A stretch of DNA of 64,000 bases from Bacteroidota bacterium (GCA_023434025.1 JAEYTL010000045.1:1892-65891), one strand, 5' to 3'. Counted from the stretch's first letter, positions 20,827-30,554 are shown. Program-made: numbers and translations. The notes: generated by a model not told the origin, from the letters alone.

Positions 20827-21654
20827 TTAGTTAGAGAGTATTTTTTTATGCTTCAGCAAATCATTGATGGCGATACGGAGAAAATTCGGAATGATGGTTT
20901 CATTTGTTTTGTAGATTTTCTCTTCATCCACCAAATCTTCCAGCATTTTCAGGAACTTCGGACGACCTTTCATCGTGATTATCTTTTCTTTAAAGGTTTT
21001 GTTTTTCATGTGTGCCAGGAAACTCAACGGGTCGGCCTCCGGATGAAATTGTAAGCCGACAAATTCTTTTGAAAAACGAATTCCCATAATCGCCCGTTCA
21101 TACTGCACGTGATCACGGATTTTTTCTAACGCAATAATTTGTGCCCCCATTTTTTTGAGGTTCTTCAGTTTGGGTTGAACGACCTGAAAATCACGGCTGT
21201 CTATGGTGTAAAACGGATTTTCCAATCCTTCAAACAAGGGATCGGTTAAGCCTTCGTTAACTTTATGGGTTGTCATCACACCGAAAGAAGTATCTTTCCG
21301 CTTATTGATTTCTGCCAGACCAAAATGTTTACAGGCCATCTGAAAGGAATGGCAAATGAATAACACATGTTTCTTCATTTCATTTTCACGGTTCCAGTTC
21401 CACAGGGAATCAATTAAATTGAAATAATTGACATCCCATTTCCCGTCACCTTCCAGCGGATTTCCGGGACCACCGGTTGAAATAAAAATATCAAACTTTT
21501 TGATGTCCGGAAATTCATTTTTTCCGCGGACATCAAAAACCTGAAAGGAAACCATTTGATTAAACCGGTTGATGATGTCAAAAATACAACGCATTCCCTG
21601 ATTGGGCTCGCCGTCATACATATCTAAAACCGCTATTTTTATTTGTCCGTTCAT
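20827..21654 (-). CDS. class I glutamine amidotransferase-like protein
   Basis: 275 aa. Nucleophile elbow VLFICHSFQM (Cys) and LQFHPE (His-Glu) form the triad-type GATase1 signature. Confidence 0.85.
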   Translation of the reverse strand: MNGQIKIAVLDMYDGEPNQGMRCIFDIINRFNQMVSFQVFDVRGKNEFPDIKKFDIFISTGGPGNPLEGDGKWDVNYFNLIDSLWNWNRENEMKKHVLFICHSFQMACKHFGLAEINKRKDTSFGVMTTHKVNEGLTDPLFEGLENPFYTIDSRDFQVVQPKLKNLKKMGAQIIALEKIRDHVQYERAIMGIRFSKEFVGLQFHPEADPLSFLAHMKNKTFKEKIITMKGRPKFLKMLEDLVDEEKIYKTNETIIPNFLRIAINDLLKHKKILSN

Positions 21655-21942
21655 AGTAACTGTTTAATAATGCAAAGATAACTTTTTTGATTTACTTGGC
21701 TGATAAGGTTTTATTGTTGTTTATTCAATAGAAATTAACAATTTTAATTAAAAACGAATCACTCGGATTAATCATTTTTACATAATGGAATTGACCTGCA
21801 ATCGGAGCAGATAGCGTTCAGCAGTCATTTTTACCCACCAGATGAGCGTTTGCTATCGCTTGTATTTTCTTTTGACTTCGTCATCTTTCAACATAACAAA
21901 AATGTTCCTAACTCCGAATTTCTGATTTCTAAACTCTAACTT

Positions 21943-23055
21943 CTAAATTCCCTTTGTAAACTCACTCGTAATAAAATCAACAACTTTGGTCAGATCCTGT
22001 GTTTTTTCAAAAACCGCCAGTTGTTTGGCTGCTCCTGTTCCTTCACGCAGAATGGTGTGTACGTAATTAATTTCGTCACGGCTTCCTAATTCATCCACCA
22101 CATCGTCTATAAATTCCAATAATTCAAGAATCAGTTCTTTGGTAGGTACTTCTTTTTGCAAACCAAAATCGATCATATTTCCCTGTACACCGTAACGGGC
22201 GGCACGGAATTTATTTTCTTTAATCAAGGCCAACCGGTACACATTAAAACTGATGTTTGCCGTATTTAATTTATACAGCTTTGCCACAATAGCCTGGATA
22301 ATGGCCACAATACAAATGGTTTCATCTACCGTTAAGCTCATGTCGCAGATGCGGAATTCGATCGTGTTATAGAAAGGGTGCAACCGCAGATCCCACCATA
22401 TTTTCTTCGGATTATCGATGCAATTGGTTTTAACCAGTGTTTCCAGAAAATTATCATATGACTGTACGGAATCAAAATATTCCGGCAGACCTGTTCGCGG
22501 GAACTTATCAAAAACTTTGGTTCTGAATGATTTGTAACCGGTATTTCTTCCTTCCCAAAAAGGGGAGTTGGTTGACAGTGAAAAAATATGTGGCAAAAAA
22601 TAGCACGCCTGATTGATTAATTGCAGTCCCACTTCCCGGCTTTCGATTCCCACATGGCAGTGCATACCAAAAATAAGATTGGAACGGGCGGCATCCTGTA
22701 ATTCGTTGACAATGTTATGGTAACGGGGATCGTCCGTAATCGGTTGATCCTGCCATTTGGAAAAAGGATGTGTTCCGGCAGCCCCGACAACCAGTCCTTG
22801 ATTAGCCGCTAATTCAACAATTTTTTTGCGTAAAAAAGTGATTTCCTCCCGTGCTTCTTTTACGTTTTTACAGATATTGGTGCCTACTTCTACCACGGAT
22901 TGATGCATTTCGGCTTTCACCTGTTCCTGTAAAATGATTTTGGCACCATCTACAATTTTAGACATGTGCGAACGCAAGTCTCTTGTTTCCGGATCAATGA
23001 TCAGGTATTCTTCTTCTACGCCCAGTGTAAAAACAGGCAATGCTTTCTTCATCAT
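21943..23055 (-). CDS. carboxylate-amine ligase, glutamate-cysteine ligase family 2 (YbdK-like)
   Basis: 370 aa. FTLGVEEEYLIIDP, AAGTHPF, GMHCHVG and WWDLRLHP are GCS2/YbdK hallmarks. Confidence 0.88.
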   Translation of the reverse strand: MMKKALPVFTLGVEEEYLIIDPETRDLRSHMSKIVDGAKIILQEQVKAEMHQSVVEVGTNICKNVKEAREEITFLRKKIVELAANQGLVVGAAGTHPFSKWQDQPITDDPRYHNIVNELQDAARSNLIFGMHCHVGIESREVGLQLINQACYFLPHIFSLSTNSPFWEGRNTGYKSFRTKVFDKFPRTGLPEYFDSVQSYDNFLETLVKTNCIDNPKKIWWDLRLHPFYNTIEFRICDMSLTVDETICIVAIIQAIVAKLYKLNTANISFNVYRLALIKENKFRAARYGVQGNMIDFGLQKEVPTKELILELLEFIDDVVDELGSRDEINYVHTILREGTGAAKQLAVFEKTQDLTKVVDFITSEFTKGI

Positions 23056-23087
23056 TTTTATTAAGCTATATTTTCAAAAGAATCATA

Positions 23088-24044
23088 TTAAAATCGTTTG
23101 GCATCGTTAACAGAACCTTTCATAAAAGTTCCCCAGGTAAGGTTCATCTGGCCGTCTTTGTGTTTTTTAGCGTATTCAATGGCCATTTTAGCAGCTTCTT
23201 CTACGACCCATTCAAAATTTTCTTTTCCGACAGAGGTCAGTTCTGCATCAGGAGCCGGATTGCCAAAATCGATGGCATACGGAATCCCGTCACGTACGGC
23301 AAATTCAACCGTGTTAAAATCATAACCTAATCCTTTGCATAAACGAAGGGTATAATCTTTTACGGTTGCCAGAAGTTTTTTATCTGCCGGCGGACCGTCA
23401 ACCACATAGCGTAAATGATGCGGATTACGCGGTTCATAGGGCATGATGCGAACCGCTTTACCTCCTAAACAATATACGCGGAAGTACTGATCAAATACAA
23501 TTTCTTCCTGTAACAGCATCACTAATTGTCCGGTTTCACGGTGAATATCCCAAAACATATCACGGTTTTCCAGGCGGTAAACGTTTTTCCATCCGCCACC
23601 GGCATAGGGTTTCATGTAGGCGGGGAATTTTACATACTCAAAAATAGCTTCCCAATCCATCGGGTATTTAAGGTTCCGGAATGATTTACTGGTAGTATCG
23701 GTCGGATGTTCTGCCGAAGGAAGAATTACCGTGTTCGGAAGGGGAACACCCAGCACATCGGCCAGACAGTTGTTGAAAAATTTGTCATCGGCACTCCACC
23801 AGAACGGATTGTTAATGACGGCTGTTCCGGTTAAAGCAGCATTTTTTAAATAAGCCCTGTAAAACGGCACATCTTGTGAAATACGGTCGATAATGACAGC
23901 ATATTCGGTGGCTTTGTTCTGAATAACCTTGTCAATAGATACGGCTTCGGCTATAATGCCTTTTTCGTTTTTAGCGTTAACACGATCAATAAAGGCTTGC
24001 GGGAAGGTATCTTCCATACCAAATAAAATTCCAATTTTTTTCAT
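23088..24044 (-). CDS. ATP-grasp domain protein (RimK/glutathione-synthetase-like fold)
   Basis: 318 aa. AYMKPYAGGGWKNVY (Lys-loop), LLQEEI, and EFAVRDGIPYAIDFGNPAPD (E-x-N-type strand). Confidence 0.78.
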   Translation of the reverse strand: MKKIGILFGMEDTFPQAFIDRVNAKNEKGIIAEAVSIDKVIQNKATEYAVIIDRISQDVPFYRAYLKNAALTGTAVINNPFWWSADDKFFNNCLADVLGVPLPNTVILPSAEHPTDTTSKSFRNLKYPMDWEAIFEYVKFPAYMKPYAGGGWKNVYRLENRDMFWDIHRETGQLVMLLQEEIVFDQYFRVYCLGGKAVRIMPYEPRNPHHLRYVVDGPPADKKLLATVKDYTLRLCKGLGYDFNTVEFAVRDGIPYAIDFGNPAPDAELTSVGKENFEWVVEEAAKMAIEYAKKHKDGQMNLTWGTFMKGSVNDAKRF

Positions 24045-24066
24045 AGTTCAGGATGCGTTATTTTGT

Positions 24067-24780
24067 TTAAAAAAATTTAATTCTGGATAAATAATGCGGA
24101 AACATTTCCCGCCAGACCGGCCAGTCATGTTCCCGGTCTTGTCTTACATCCAGCCAATGCGGGATATCCCGATGGGCTAAAATCCGGCTCAGCTTGAGGT
24201 TTGCATCAAAGCAGATGTCCCAGTTAGATGTCCCTAACACGATGTCCATATTCCATAATTCATGATCATTCAATCCGTGTAAATAATCTTCCGGACTGTT
24301 GTAAAACACATTGTCGTCATGAAAACCGTCCATAAAACTTTTAATACTGAAGGCTCCGCTCATCGAAAACAGGTGACTTACATAACCCGGATGGCGAAAA
24401 GCGAAATTGGCGGCATGATAGCCACCGAAACTGCACCCGGCTACGGCAACTTTACCGGAATAGGTGTTGTTTTTTACCCGTTCTACAATTTCATGGCAAA
24501 TCATTTTATCATACCAGACATGGTTTTGGATCCGGTGTACGGGGTGAATTTTTTTATTATAAAAACTGTCCTTGTCAATACTGTCCGGACAAAAGATTTG
24601 AATCAGACCTTGTTCAAGATACCACCGGGCAGAAGCAATCAATCCCTGGTCTTTATTTTCATGATAGCTTCCCATGGAAGTGGGGAATAAAATAACGGGA
24701 TAACCGGCATGACCAAAAACCAACATCTGAATTTCTCTGCCGAGGTTAGGGGAGTGCCATTTAAAGTACTCTTCTTTCAT
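24067..24780 (-). CDS. esterase-D-like alpha/beta hydrolase
   Basis: 237 aa. VAVAGCSFGGYHA nucleophile elbow (GxSxG variant) and a late His region (DREHDWPVW), similar to the putative esterase family. Confidence 0.78.
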   Translation of the reverse strand: MKEEYFKWHSPNLGREIQMLVFGHAGYPVILFPTSMGSYHENKDQGLIASARWYLEQGLIQIFCPDSIDKDSFYNKKIHPVHRIQNHVWYDKMICHEIVERVKNNTYSGKVAVAGCSFGGYHAANFAFRHPGYVSHLFSMSGAFSIKSFMDGFHDDNVFYNSPEDYLHGLNDHELWNMDIVLGTSNWDICFDANLKLSRILAHRDIPHWLDVRQDREHDWPVWREMFPHYLSRIKFF

Positions 24781-25087
24781 AGTATTCGTTTTAACAATAA
24801 TAATGAAAATATATTATAAATAGTGATAAAATATTGTATTTTGATTATTTTTGTCATATAGTCTTTCACAATTTGGATTGCCTGTAAAAAACTCAAAAAA
24901 AGCCCGGATTTTAAGGATTCGATTTAAGTATTTGCAAAAAAATGTATTCTTTTTAACAAGCTAAAACCATCCTTGTGTTTGAAATCGTCGTTCATTTTAC
25001 TGAAAAGCACAGCACTTTTAAACAAAAGTGTGAAAAGCCTTAATTAAAAGTTGTAAATTTAAGGTTGAAATACGAATACTTCCCGAG

Positions 25088-25855
25088 ATGAAAAATATGC
25101 TTTACTTAGTTGTAACCTGCTTGTTGACAGGATGTGTGGTTAAGAAGGATCTGCTTCAAAAAGCTACTCCCGAAGCCCCGCTATTAAAATCAAAACCAGA
25201 AGGCTATTTTAAAGCAGTTGGTACGGAACCATTTTGGTATTTGGAAATTTCTGAGGAAAGGATACGTTTTCAGGGCACAGAGCCGGAAGATGAGTTCACG
25301 GCAACCCATGTGGAACCTGTTTTGGCCATGGATGCTGACGTGAAAGCATACAGGATGAATTCAGATAACGGAGAAATGATTATTACAATTTACAGGCAAA
25401 ACTGTTCGGATCAGATGTCTGATCAATTATACGGCTACCACGTTGATCTTGAGGTAAGAAAGAGGACTCAGAAGGAAAAGGTGCATTATTCCGGTTGCGG
25501 AAATTATACAGCAGATTACCGTTTGTTTGATCTATGGCTTTTGGAAGAAGTGGAAGGCAGGAAAGTCAGTGCTGAAAATTTTGCCGGAGAAATACCGTTG
25601 TTGGAAATAAACGCATCCGAGAAAAAATTTAGCGGCTATGGCGGATGCAACCGCATTTCAGGAACCCTTTTTCAGGAGAGAGAACGTTTGCGGTTTACCG
25701 ACATTATATCAACAAAAAGGGCTTGCGGTTCCGAGAATATGGAAAATATATTTCTGAAAGCTTTGCAAAGCTCTACGGGCTATAAAATCAAACATAACCG
25801 TCTGTATTTGATTAACCCCGACGGTATCAAAGTAATTCTTAAAAAAGTGGATTAA
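25088..25855 (+). CDS. lipoprotein with a C-terminal META (HslJ-like) domain
   Basis: Lipobox LLTGC. The C-terminal half (FSGYGGCNRISGTLF ... LRFTDIISTKRACG ... YKIKHNRLYL) matches the META domain. Confidence 0.72.
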   Translation: MKNMLYLVVTCLLTGCVVKKDLLQKATPEAPLLKSKPEGYFKAVGTEPFWYLEISEERIRFQGTEPEDEFTATHVEPVLAMDADVKAYRMNSDNGEMIITIYRQNCSDQMSDQLYGYHVDLEVRKRTQKEKVHYSGCGNYTADYRLFDLWLLEEVEGRKVSAENFAGEIPLLEINASEKKFSGYGGCNRISGTLFQERERLRFTDIISTKRACGSENMENIFLKALQSSTGYKIKHNRLYLINPDGIKVILKKVD

Positions 25856-26256
25856 GAGGCTTGTTGTGAGTCAAACAGCATAATGTTGCTTTTTAACCGT
25901 TCAATCAGCATATTCATCATGCGTTTATTCAGGTTGGAAGAGTTTTTAATGTACTCCGCATACTCATTGATGGTAAATAAACCGATGACCATTCCTTTTA
26001 AAGAATTTCTGAATTTAATGTCTTTTTGAATGGAGTTCTCAATAAACAGTAATTTTTTTTCGGTGGAATAGGTATAAAAATCATTCTTGTATTTTGAGAT
26101 ATAATTTTTAAAAACATCTACAAATAAGTCGTTCTGTAGTTTCAGTATAGGGCGGATGGTTATGTTTTGAAACCGTTCTTCGGCAGAAGATTGTTCTGTT
26201 ACGATGCCCAATGCTTCTCCTCTGTTTTCGATAATATAAAAATCCCGGGTTGTCAT
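25852..26256 (-). CDS. hypothetical protein
   Basis: 134-aa ORF with no competing frame and a 4-nt overlap with the convergent gene's stop. No family recognised. Confidence 0.55.
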   Translation of the reverse strand: MTTRDFYIIENRGEALGIVTEQSSAEERFQNITIRPILKLQNDLFVDVFKNYISKYKNDFYTYSTEKKLLFIENSIQKDIKFRNSLKGMVIGLFTINEYAEYIKNSSNLNKRMMNMLIERLKSNIMLFDSQQAS

Positions 26257-26276
26257 GATTTTTTATTTTAAAGTTA

Positions 26277-26306
26277 TAAAAAAACCTCTGTCGTGAAACA
26301 GAGGTT
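26277..26306 (-). terminator. rho-independent terminator of the OmpA-like gene
   Basis: The minus strand reads AACCTCTGT-TTCACG-ACAGAGGTT followed by TTTTTTT. Confidence 0.65.
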
Positions 26307-26336
26307 GATTTATAGTTATTAAGAATCGATTGTTAA

Positions 26337-27641
26337 TTATTTCACTCTGAAAGTTACTCTTCTTACCAATTTTCTTGCTCCGGCAGAATTCTTATCTACA
26401 GAAGTGTCTTCACCTTGCGAAATAACATTTAATCTTTCGGCAGTGATTCCGGCTTTCATCAGGATGCTTTTAACATTAGCAGCTCTGTCGTTAGCTAATT
26501 TGTTGTTGTATGGCGTGTTTCCGATTTCATCTGCATGTCCGATGATGTCAACAGAAGATTCCGGATTGTTTCTCAAGTAGGTCAGGATAAAATCGATACC
26601 TTCAGTAGAAACATTGGTTGGTTGTTTTTTGTTGAAATCAAAGTAAGTAGCTACATAACCGTCGTTGATGAATTTTTTCATCATTTCAGATCGATTGCTG
26701 TCTGAATTGTAAGTTTCATTGGTTACATACGTATTGTTCAGGTATTTCTCCAATTCATCCGGCACACCGTTTTGGTTGATGTCGATCATTCTTCCTTTCG
26801 TGTCAACAGCTACGCCGGCGATGGAGTTTGGTTCTGCATCTAAATAATCCGGCACACCATCCTGATCACTGTCGCTCATGTTATTTTCGATTTCGCCAAC
26901 ACGTTTTTCAAGGGCGTTGATTTCTTCCTGTTGTTTACTTGTGATGGTAGCCCAGTCTCCGTGTACTTTGTGAGACCCGAACGAATAGGAAAGACCAATT
27001 GAAGTGGTATACATACTTCCGGCTAAGTTGTTACTGTCTTCCGAATAATCAGCACCATCCCAGTTGAAGTGCTGTCTTACATTTGAAAGCAAAGTAAAAT
27101 CAGCCGTTAACGCTAAGTTTTTAGTAATTCTGAATTCAGGTGTAAAACCGACCATAATACCACCATTCCATTCGCTTCTGCCGTCAAGAGGTCCCATTTG
27201 GGGAGTCATCTGAGCAACCTGAATACCGCCATGAAACAACATGCCGAACCGGCCTAATTTCTCCTGTATATCAAAAAGTCGGGCTGCATTTACTACCCCC
27301 TGAAGACCGATACGAATTTGCTGTAATTCAAAATCATTACTCTCTTTACTCAGGTTTTCAAGTCTGTCCAAAGCCCCGTCTAATTTTAAACCGAAAGTCG
27401 GACTGAACATGTAGCGAACACCAAGTTCATAATGATTCAGGGTAAAGCTACCCAACACTTTATTTCTGTCGCTGGCAAAATAACCATTCGTATAAGGTTT
27501 GATACCTTTACTTTGTCCGGCATTTAATTCAATAGACCATTTATTATACTCATCAACTTTGGATGCTTCCGTTGAATCTTGTGCAAAGGTATTTACACAG
27601 GCAAAGACTGACAGGGAAAAAATAAGTAGGTTTTTCTTCAT
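26337..27641 (-). CDS. OmpA family outer-membrane protein with thrombospondin type 3 (calcium-binding) repeats
   Basis: Signal peptide, beta-barrel-like N-terminal half, DSDQDGVPDYLDAEPNS and DINQNGVPDELE TSP3 repeats, and a C-terminal OmpA domain (IIGHADEIGNTPYNNKLANDRAANV). Confidence 0.88.
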   Translation of the reverse strand: MKKNLLIFSLSVFACVNTFAQDSTEASKVDEYNKWSIELNAGQSKGIKPYTNGYFASDRNKVLGSFTLNHYELGVRYMFSPTFGLKLDGALDRLENLSKESNDFELQQIRIGLQGVVNAARLFDIQEKLGRFGMLFHGGIQVAQMTPQMGPLDGRSEWNGGIMVGFTPEFRITKNLALTADFTLLSNVRQHFNWDGADYSEDSNNLAGSMYTTSIGLSYSFGSHKVHGDWATITSKQQEEINALEKRVGEIENNMSDSDQDGVPDYLDAEPNSIAGVAVDTKGRMIDINQNGVPDELEKYLNNTYVTNETYNSDSNRSEMMKKFINDGYVATYFDFNKKQPTNVSTEGIDFILTYLRNNPESSVDIIGHADEIGNTPYNNKLANDRAANVKSILMKAGITAERLNVISQGEDTSVDKNSAGARKLVRRVTFRVK

Positions 27642-27879
27642 TTTCTGGTGTTTATTTTGTTATAAATAGAAATTTTATACGGGTGCAAAGATAGTTCAAA
27701 AGTTGAGATATTCAACTTTTTTGTTAAAAAAGATAAAAAATAATCTCTTAATTTAAAAGTAGTTAGCGATGAAATGCATGGTGCAGGCTTACCTAATAAC
27801 ATAAAAATGATGTAGTTGAATTGCGAAAAGCTTTTCGGTTAATCTGTTAAAGATTGTCCGGATTTAGCGTATTTAAGCT

Positions 27880-27887
27880 TAAATTTG
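27880..27887 (+). promoter_or_regulatory. candidate -7 promoter box (TAAATTTG)
   Basis: Matches TAnnTTTG, 24 nt upstream of the ATG at 27911. Confidence 0.35.
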
Positions 27888-27910
27888 CAGCAAATTAATA
27901 TTCTTTGATT

Positions 27911-28300
27911 ATGAGATTTCACACCAGAAAATGGGTAAAACCGGAAGATTTGAATCCGAACGGAACGCTGTTTGGCGGCAGGTTACTGGCATGGATTGAC
28001 GAAGAGGTTGCTTTGTATTCTATAATCCAGCTTGAAAATGCCAAAGTGGTCACTAAACACATGTCTGAAATAAACTTCAGAAGTTCAGCCAAACCGGGTG
28101 ATATTGTTGAAATTGGTATTGATGTGGTGAAGTTTGGAAAAACATCAATCACGCTTACCTGCGAAGTGCGGAACATTATGACGCGTGAAACAATAATCTC
28201 GGTTGACACCATCACGATGGTTAACTTAGGAGAAGACGGAAAGCCGCTTGCTCACGGAAAAACACAAATAGAGTTTGTGAAAGACAGGCTTGGAAAATAG
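27911..28300 (+). CDS. hotdog-fold acyl-CoA thioesterase (YciA-like)
   Basis: NPNGTLFGGRLLAWIDE is the typical 4HBT/acyl-CoA thioesterase active-site helix. I moved the start to the ATG at 27911. Confidence 0.85.
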   Translation: MRFHTRKWVKPEDLNPNGTLFGGRLLAWIDEEVALYSIIQLENAKVVTKHMSEINFRSSAKPGDIVEIGIDVVKFGKTSITLTCEVRNIMTRETIISVDTITMVNLGEDGKPLAHGKTQIEFVKDRLGK

Positions 28301-28301
28301 G

Positions 28302-28574
28302 CTATGCCAAATATTTTTTTTCCACGTAAAAGGTGCCAAAGGGTATCACAGAGGCCAGACATATTATGATGAATTGTCGGGTATTCCAATTCAGGGAAAA
28401 CTTGAGTATTACGGCCATTACGATATAGGCTATAAAAAGAATTCCATGTGCCATCCCGATGGTTCTTACATATATTTCCTGACCGGCAAAATATTTCATC
28501 GGCATGGCAAAAAACAAAAGAGCTAACAACGAGAGTCCTTCTAAAAGAGCTGTTTTTTTAAAAAAATCCAACAT
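28302..28574 (-). CDS. DUF3817 small membrane protein
   Basis: 90 aa with 3 predicted TM helices. ALLEGLSLLALLFFAMPMKY ... GMAHGILF matches the DUF3817 pattern. Confidence 0.72.
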   Translation of the reverse strand: MLDFFKKTALLEGLSLLALLFFAMPMKYFAGQEIYVRTIGMAHGILFIAYIVMAVILKFSLNWNTRQFIIICLASVIPFGTFYVEKKYLA

Positions 28575-28576
28575 AA

Positions 28577-29188
28577 TTATAACATTTGATAAATGGCAAA
28601 TCCGTAAACCACAAAACGAAGAAAACGCAACAAGGCAAACAGCAGGAAATTTTTAAAATTAAATTTTATCATTCCGGCAGCCATTGATGCCATGGCAAAC
28701 GGCAATGGTAAAAGGGCTCCGACAGCAATTAACAAACCTCCCCATTTTCGCATGTTGGTTATGTGCTTTCTCATTTTATTGAACATAAAATGGTTTACAG
28801 AAGGGATGATCAGCATGGCCTTTCCTAACAAATAAGAAACGACTCCTCCCAAATAGGATAAAGTTGCCAGTAACGAAAGGTAAAGAATCGGGTACTCTGT
28901 ATTTTTGGTCCAGGCAATAAATATATCAGGCGGAATCAGGCCGAGAATTGATTCGGAGGCAAAGAATACCGAAAAGATGGTCAGGTCGCTGTATCGCTGT
29001 GTGAGTATGGTCAGTGCTTCGTTGATGTCGATCACATAATAATGAACATATAATAATGCTCCGACGATAAGGACTGTAGGCAAAAAAGCACTTTTTAAGC
29101 CGTCAAGGATGAACTTATAGAAACCGGTATAGGTGTAATACATGTGGAGTTGTCTCCATTTATTTTTTTTAATTCTTTCGCGTTGCAT
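28577..29188 (-). CDS. polytopic membrane protein (DedA/VTT/YqaA-like, tentative)
   Basis: 203 aa, about 5 hydrophobic helices, 2-nt spacing to the downstream gene. The family assignment is weak. Confidence 0.6.
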   Translation of the reverse strand: MQRERIKKNKWRQLHMYYTYTGFYKFILDGLKSAFLPTVLIVGALLYVHYYVIDINEALTILTQRYSDLTIFSVFFASESILGLIPPDIFIAWTKNTEYPILYLSLLATLSYLGGVVSYLLGKAMLIIPSVNHFMFNKMRKHITNMRKWGGLLIAVGALLPLPFAMASMAAGMIKFNFKNFLLFALLRFLRFVVYGFAIYQML

Positions 29189-29192
29189 AATT

Positions 29193-30554
29193 TTAAGGAA
29201 TATCAGTTTCTGTAATGTTTATTGTTGATTTGTTGTTTGTGAAATATAAAAAAAGGAATCCGACCGTACCACCAATTAAAGAGGCAATAAGGATTCCGAT
29301 TTTGGCTTGTTGAATTAACTCCGGACTGGTAAACGCTAAATTGGCGATGAACAATGACATTGTAAAACCAATGGAAGCCAGTAAACCAACGCCGATTAAA
29401 TGTTTAAATGTCATGCCGATGGGAAGGTTTGCTAATTTTAGTTTGATAAAGAGCGATGTGGTGCCTACGATACCGATAAATTTACCCAATAGCAAGCCAA
29501 ACATAACCCCGACGGCTACATAACTCATCCCGGAGCTGGTGGAATCAGAGGTAATGGTAACGCCTGCATTTGCCAGGGCAAAGATGGGCATCACAATAAA
29601 GGTTACAAAAGGATGCATACCGTGTTCTAACCTTTGTAAGGGCGTCATCGCTTGTTTGGACAGTGTTCGCATATCTTCCAAAATATGAAGCTGCTCCGGT
29701 GTTACGGTCGGAACATCATTAGGGTCAGCATTTTTGAATTTATGAAGATAGTTTTTCATTTTTTCAATAAAGACAAATTCATCTACCTTTACGTTGGCCG
29801 GAATTGTAAAAGCGGCTAAAACTCCTGCAATGGTAGCATGCACACCGGATAATAAAAATGCCATCCAGACACCGCCAACACCTAAAATACCGTAATAAAA
29901 TGTATTGCGAACGCCGAGCAGGTTAGACAAAATCAATAAAAGCAGAAAAACAGAACCTACGATCAGGCTTGTAAATGAAATATCTGAGGTGTAAAAAAAG
30001 GCAATGACCAATACGGCTCCCAGGTCATCTGCAATGGCTAAAACGGTGAGGAAAATCTTTAACGAAGAGGGAACTCTTTTGCCTAACAGAAAAAGTACAC
30101 CCAACGCAAAGGCAATGTCTGTTGCCATCGGAATTCCCCAACCGTTGTGAGCTTCGCCGGACGGATTGAACAGCAGGTAAATTATTGCCGGAAAGATCAT
30201 GCCGCCAAAACCGGCTACAATCGGGAGTATAGCTTTTTTAACATTAGACAATTCACCGCCAATGATTTCACGTTTTAATTCTAAACCGATCACAAAAAAG
30301 AAAACAGCCATTAAGCCATCATTAATCCAATGATGAAGCGTTTTGTCAAGCATGAAATTATTGTCGATTCCGAAACTGATTTTATGTTCCCAAAGGTGAT
30401 GATAAGCATCTTTCCAGGGCGAATTAGCTAAAATTAAAGCGACAACTGCCGAAAGGAATAAAACAATTCCGCCCGTAGTTGATTTTCCGATAAAACGATT
30501 AACGGGATCAATTACCCATTTGTCTATCGGTGTAATTTTAATTTTATACTTCAT
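29193..30554 (-). CDS. nhaA: Na+/H+ antiporter NhaA
   Basis: 453 aa. WINDGLMAVFFF, GIPMATDIAFALGV and AIADDLGAVLVIAFFY are NhaA signatures. Confidence 0.92.
   Translation of the reverse strand: MKYKIKITPIDKWVIDPVNRFIGKSTTGGIVLFLSAVVALILANSPWKDAYHHLWEHKISFGIDNNFMLDKTLHHWINDGLMAVFFFVIGLELKREIIGGELSNVKKAILPIVAGFGGMIFPAIIYLLFNPSGEAHNGWGIPMATDIAFALGVLFLLGKRVPSSLKIFLTVLAIADDLGAVLVIAFFYTSDISFTSLIVGSVFLLLLILSNLLGVRNTFYYGILGVGGVWMAFLLSGVHATIAGVLAAFTIPANVKVDEFVFIEKMKNYLHKFKNADPNDVPTVTPEQLHILEDMRTLSKQAMTPLQRLEHGMHPFVTFIVMPIFALANAGVTITSDSTSSGMSYVAVGVMFGLLLGKFIGIVGTTSLFIKLKLANLPIGMTFKHLIGVGLLASIGFTMSLFIANLAFTSPELIQQAKIGILIASLIGGTVGFLFLYFTNNKSTINITETDIP

Noticed and set aside
24319-24690. 123-aa plus-strand ORF inside the esterase-D-like gene
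   Set aside because: It is an antisense artefact, and the minus frame carries the hydrolase motifs.
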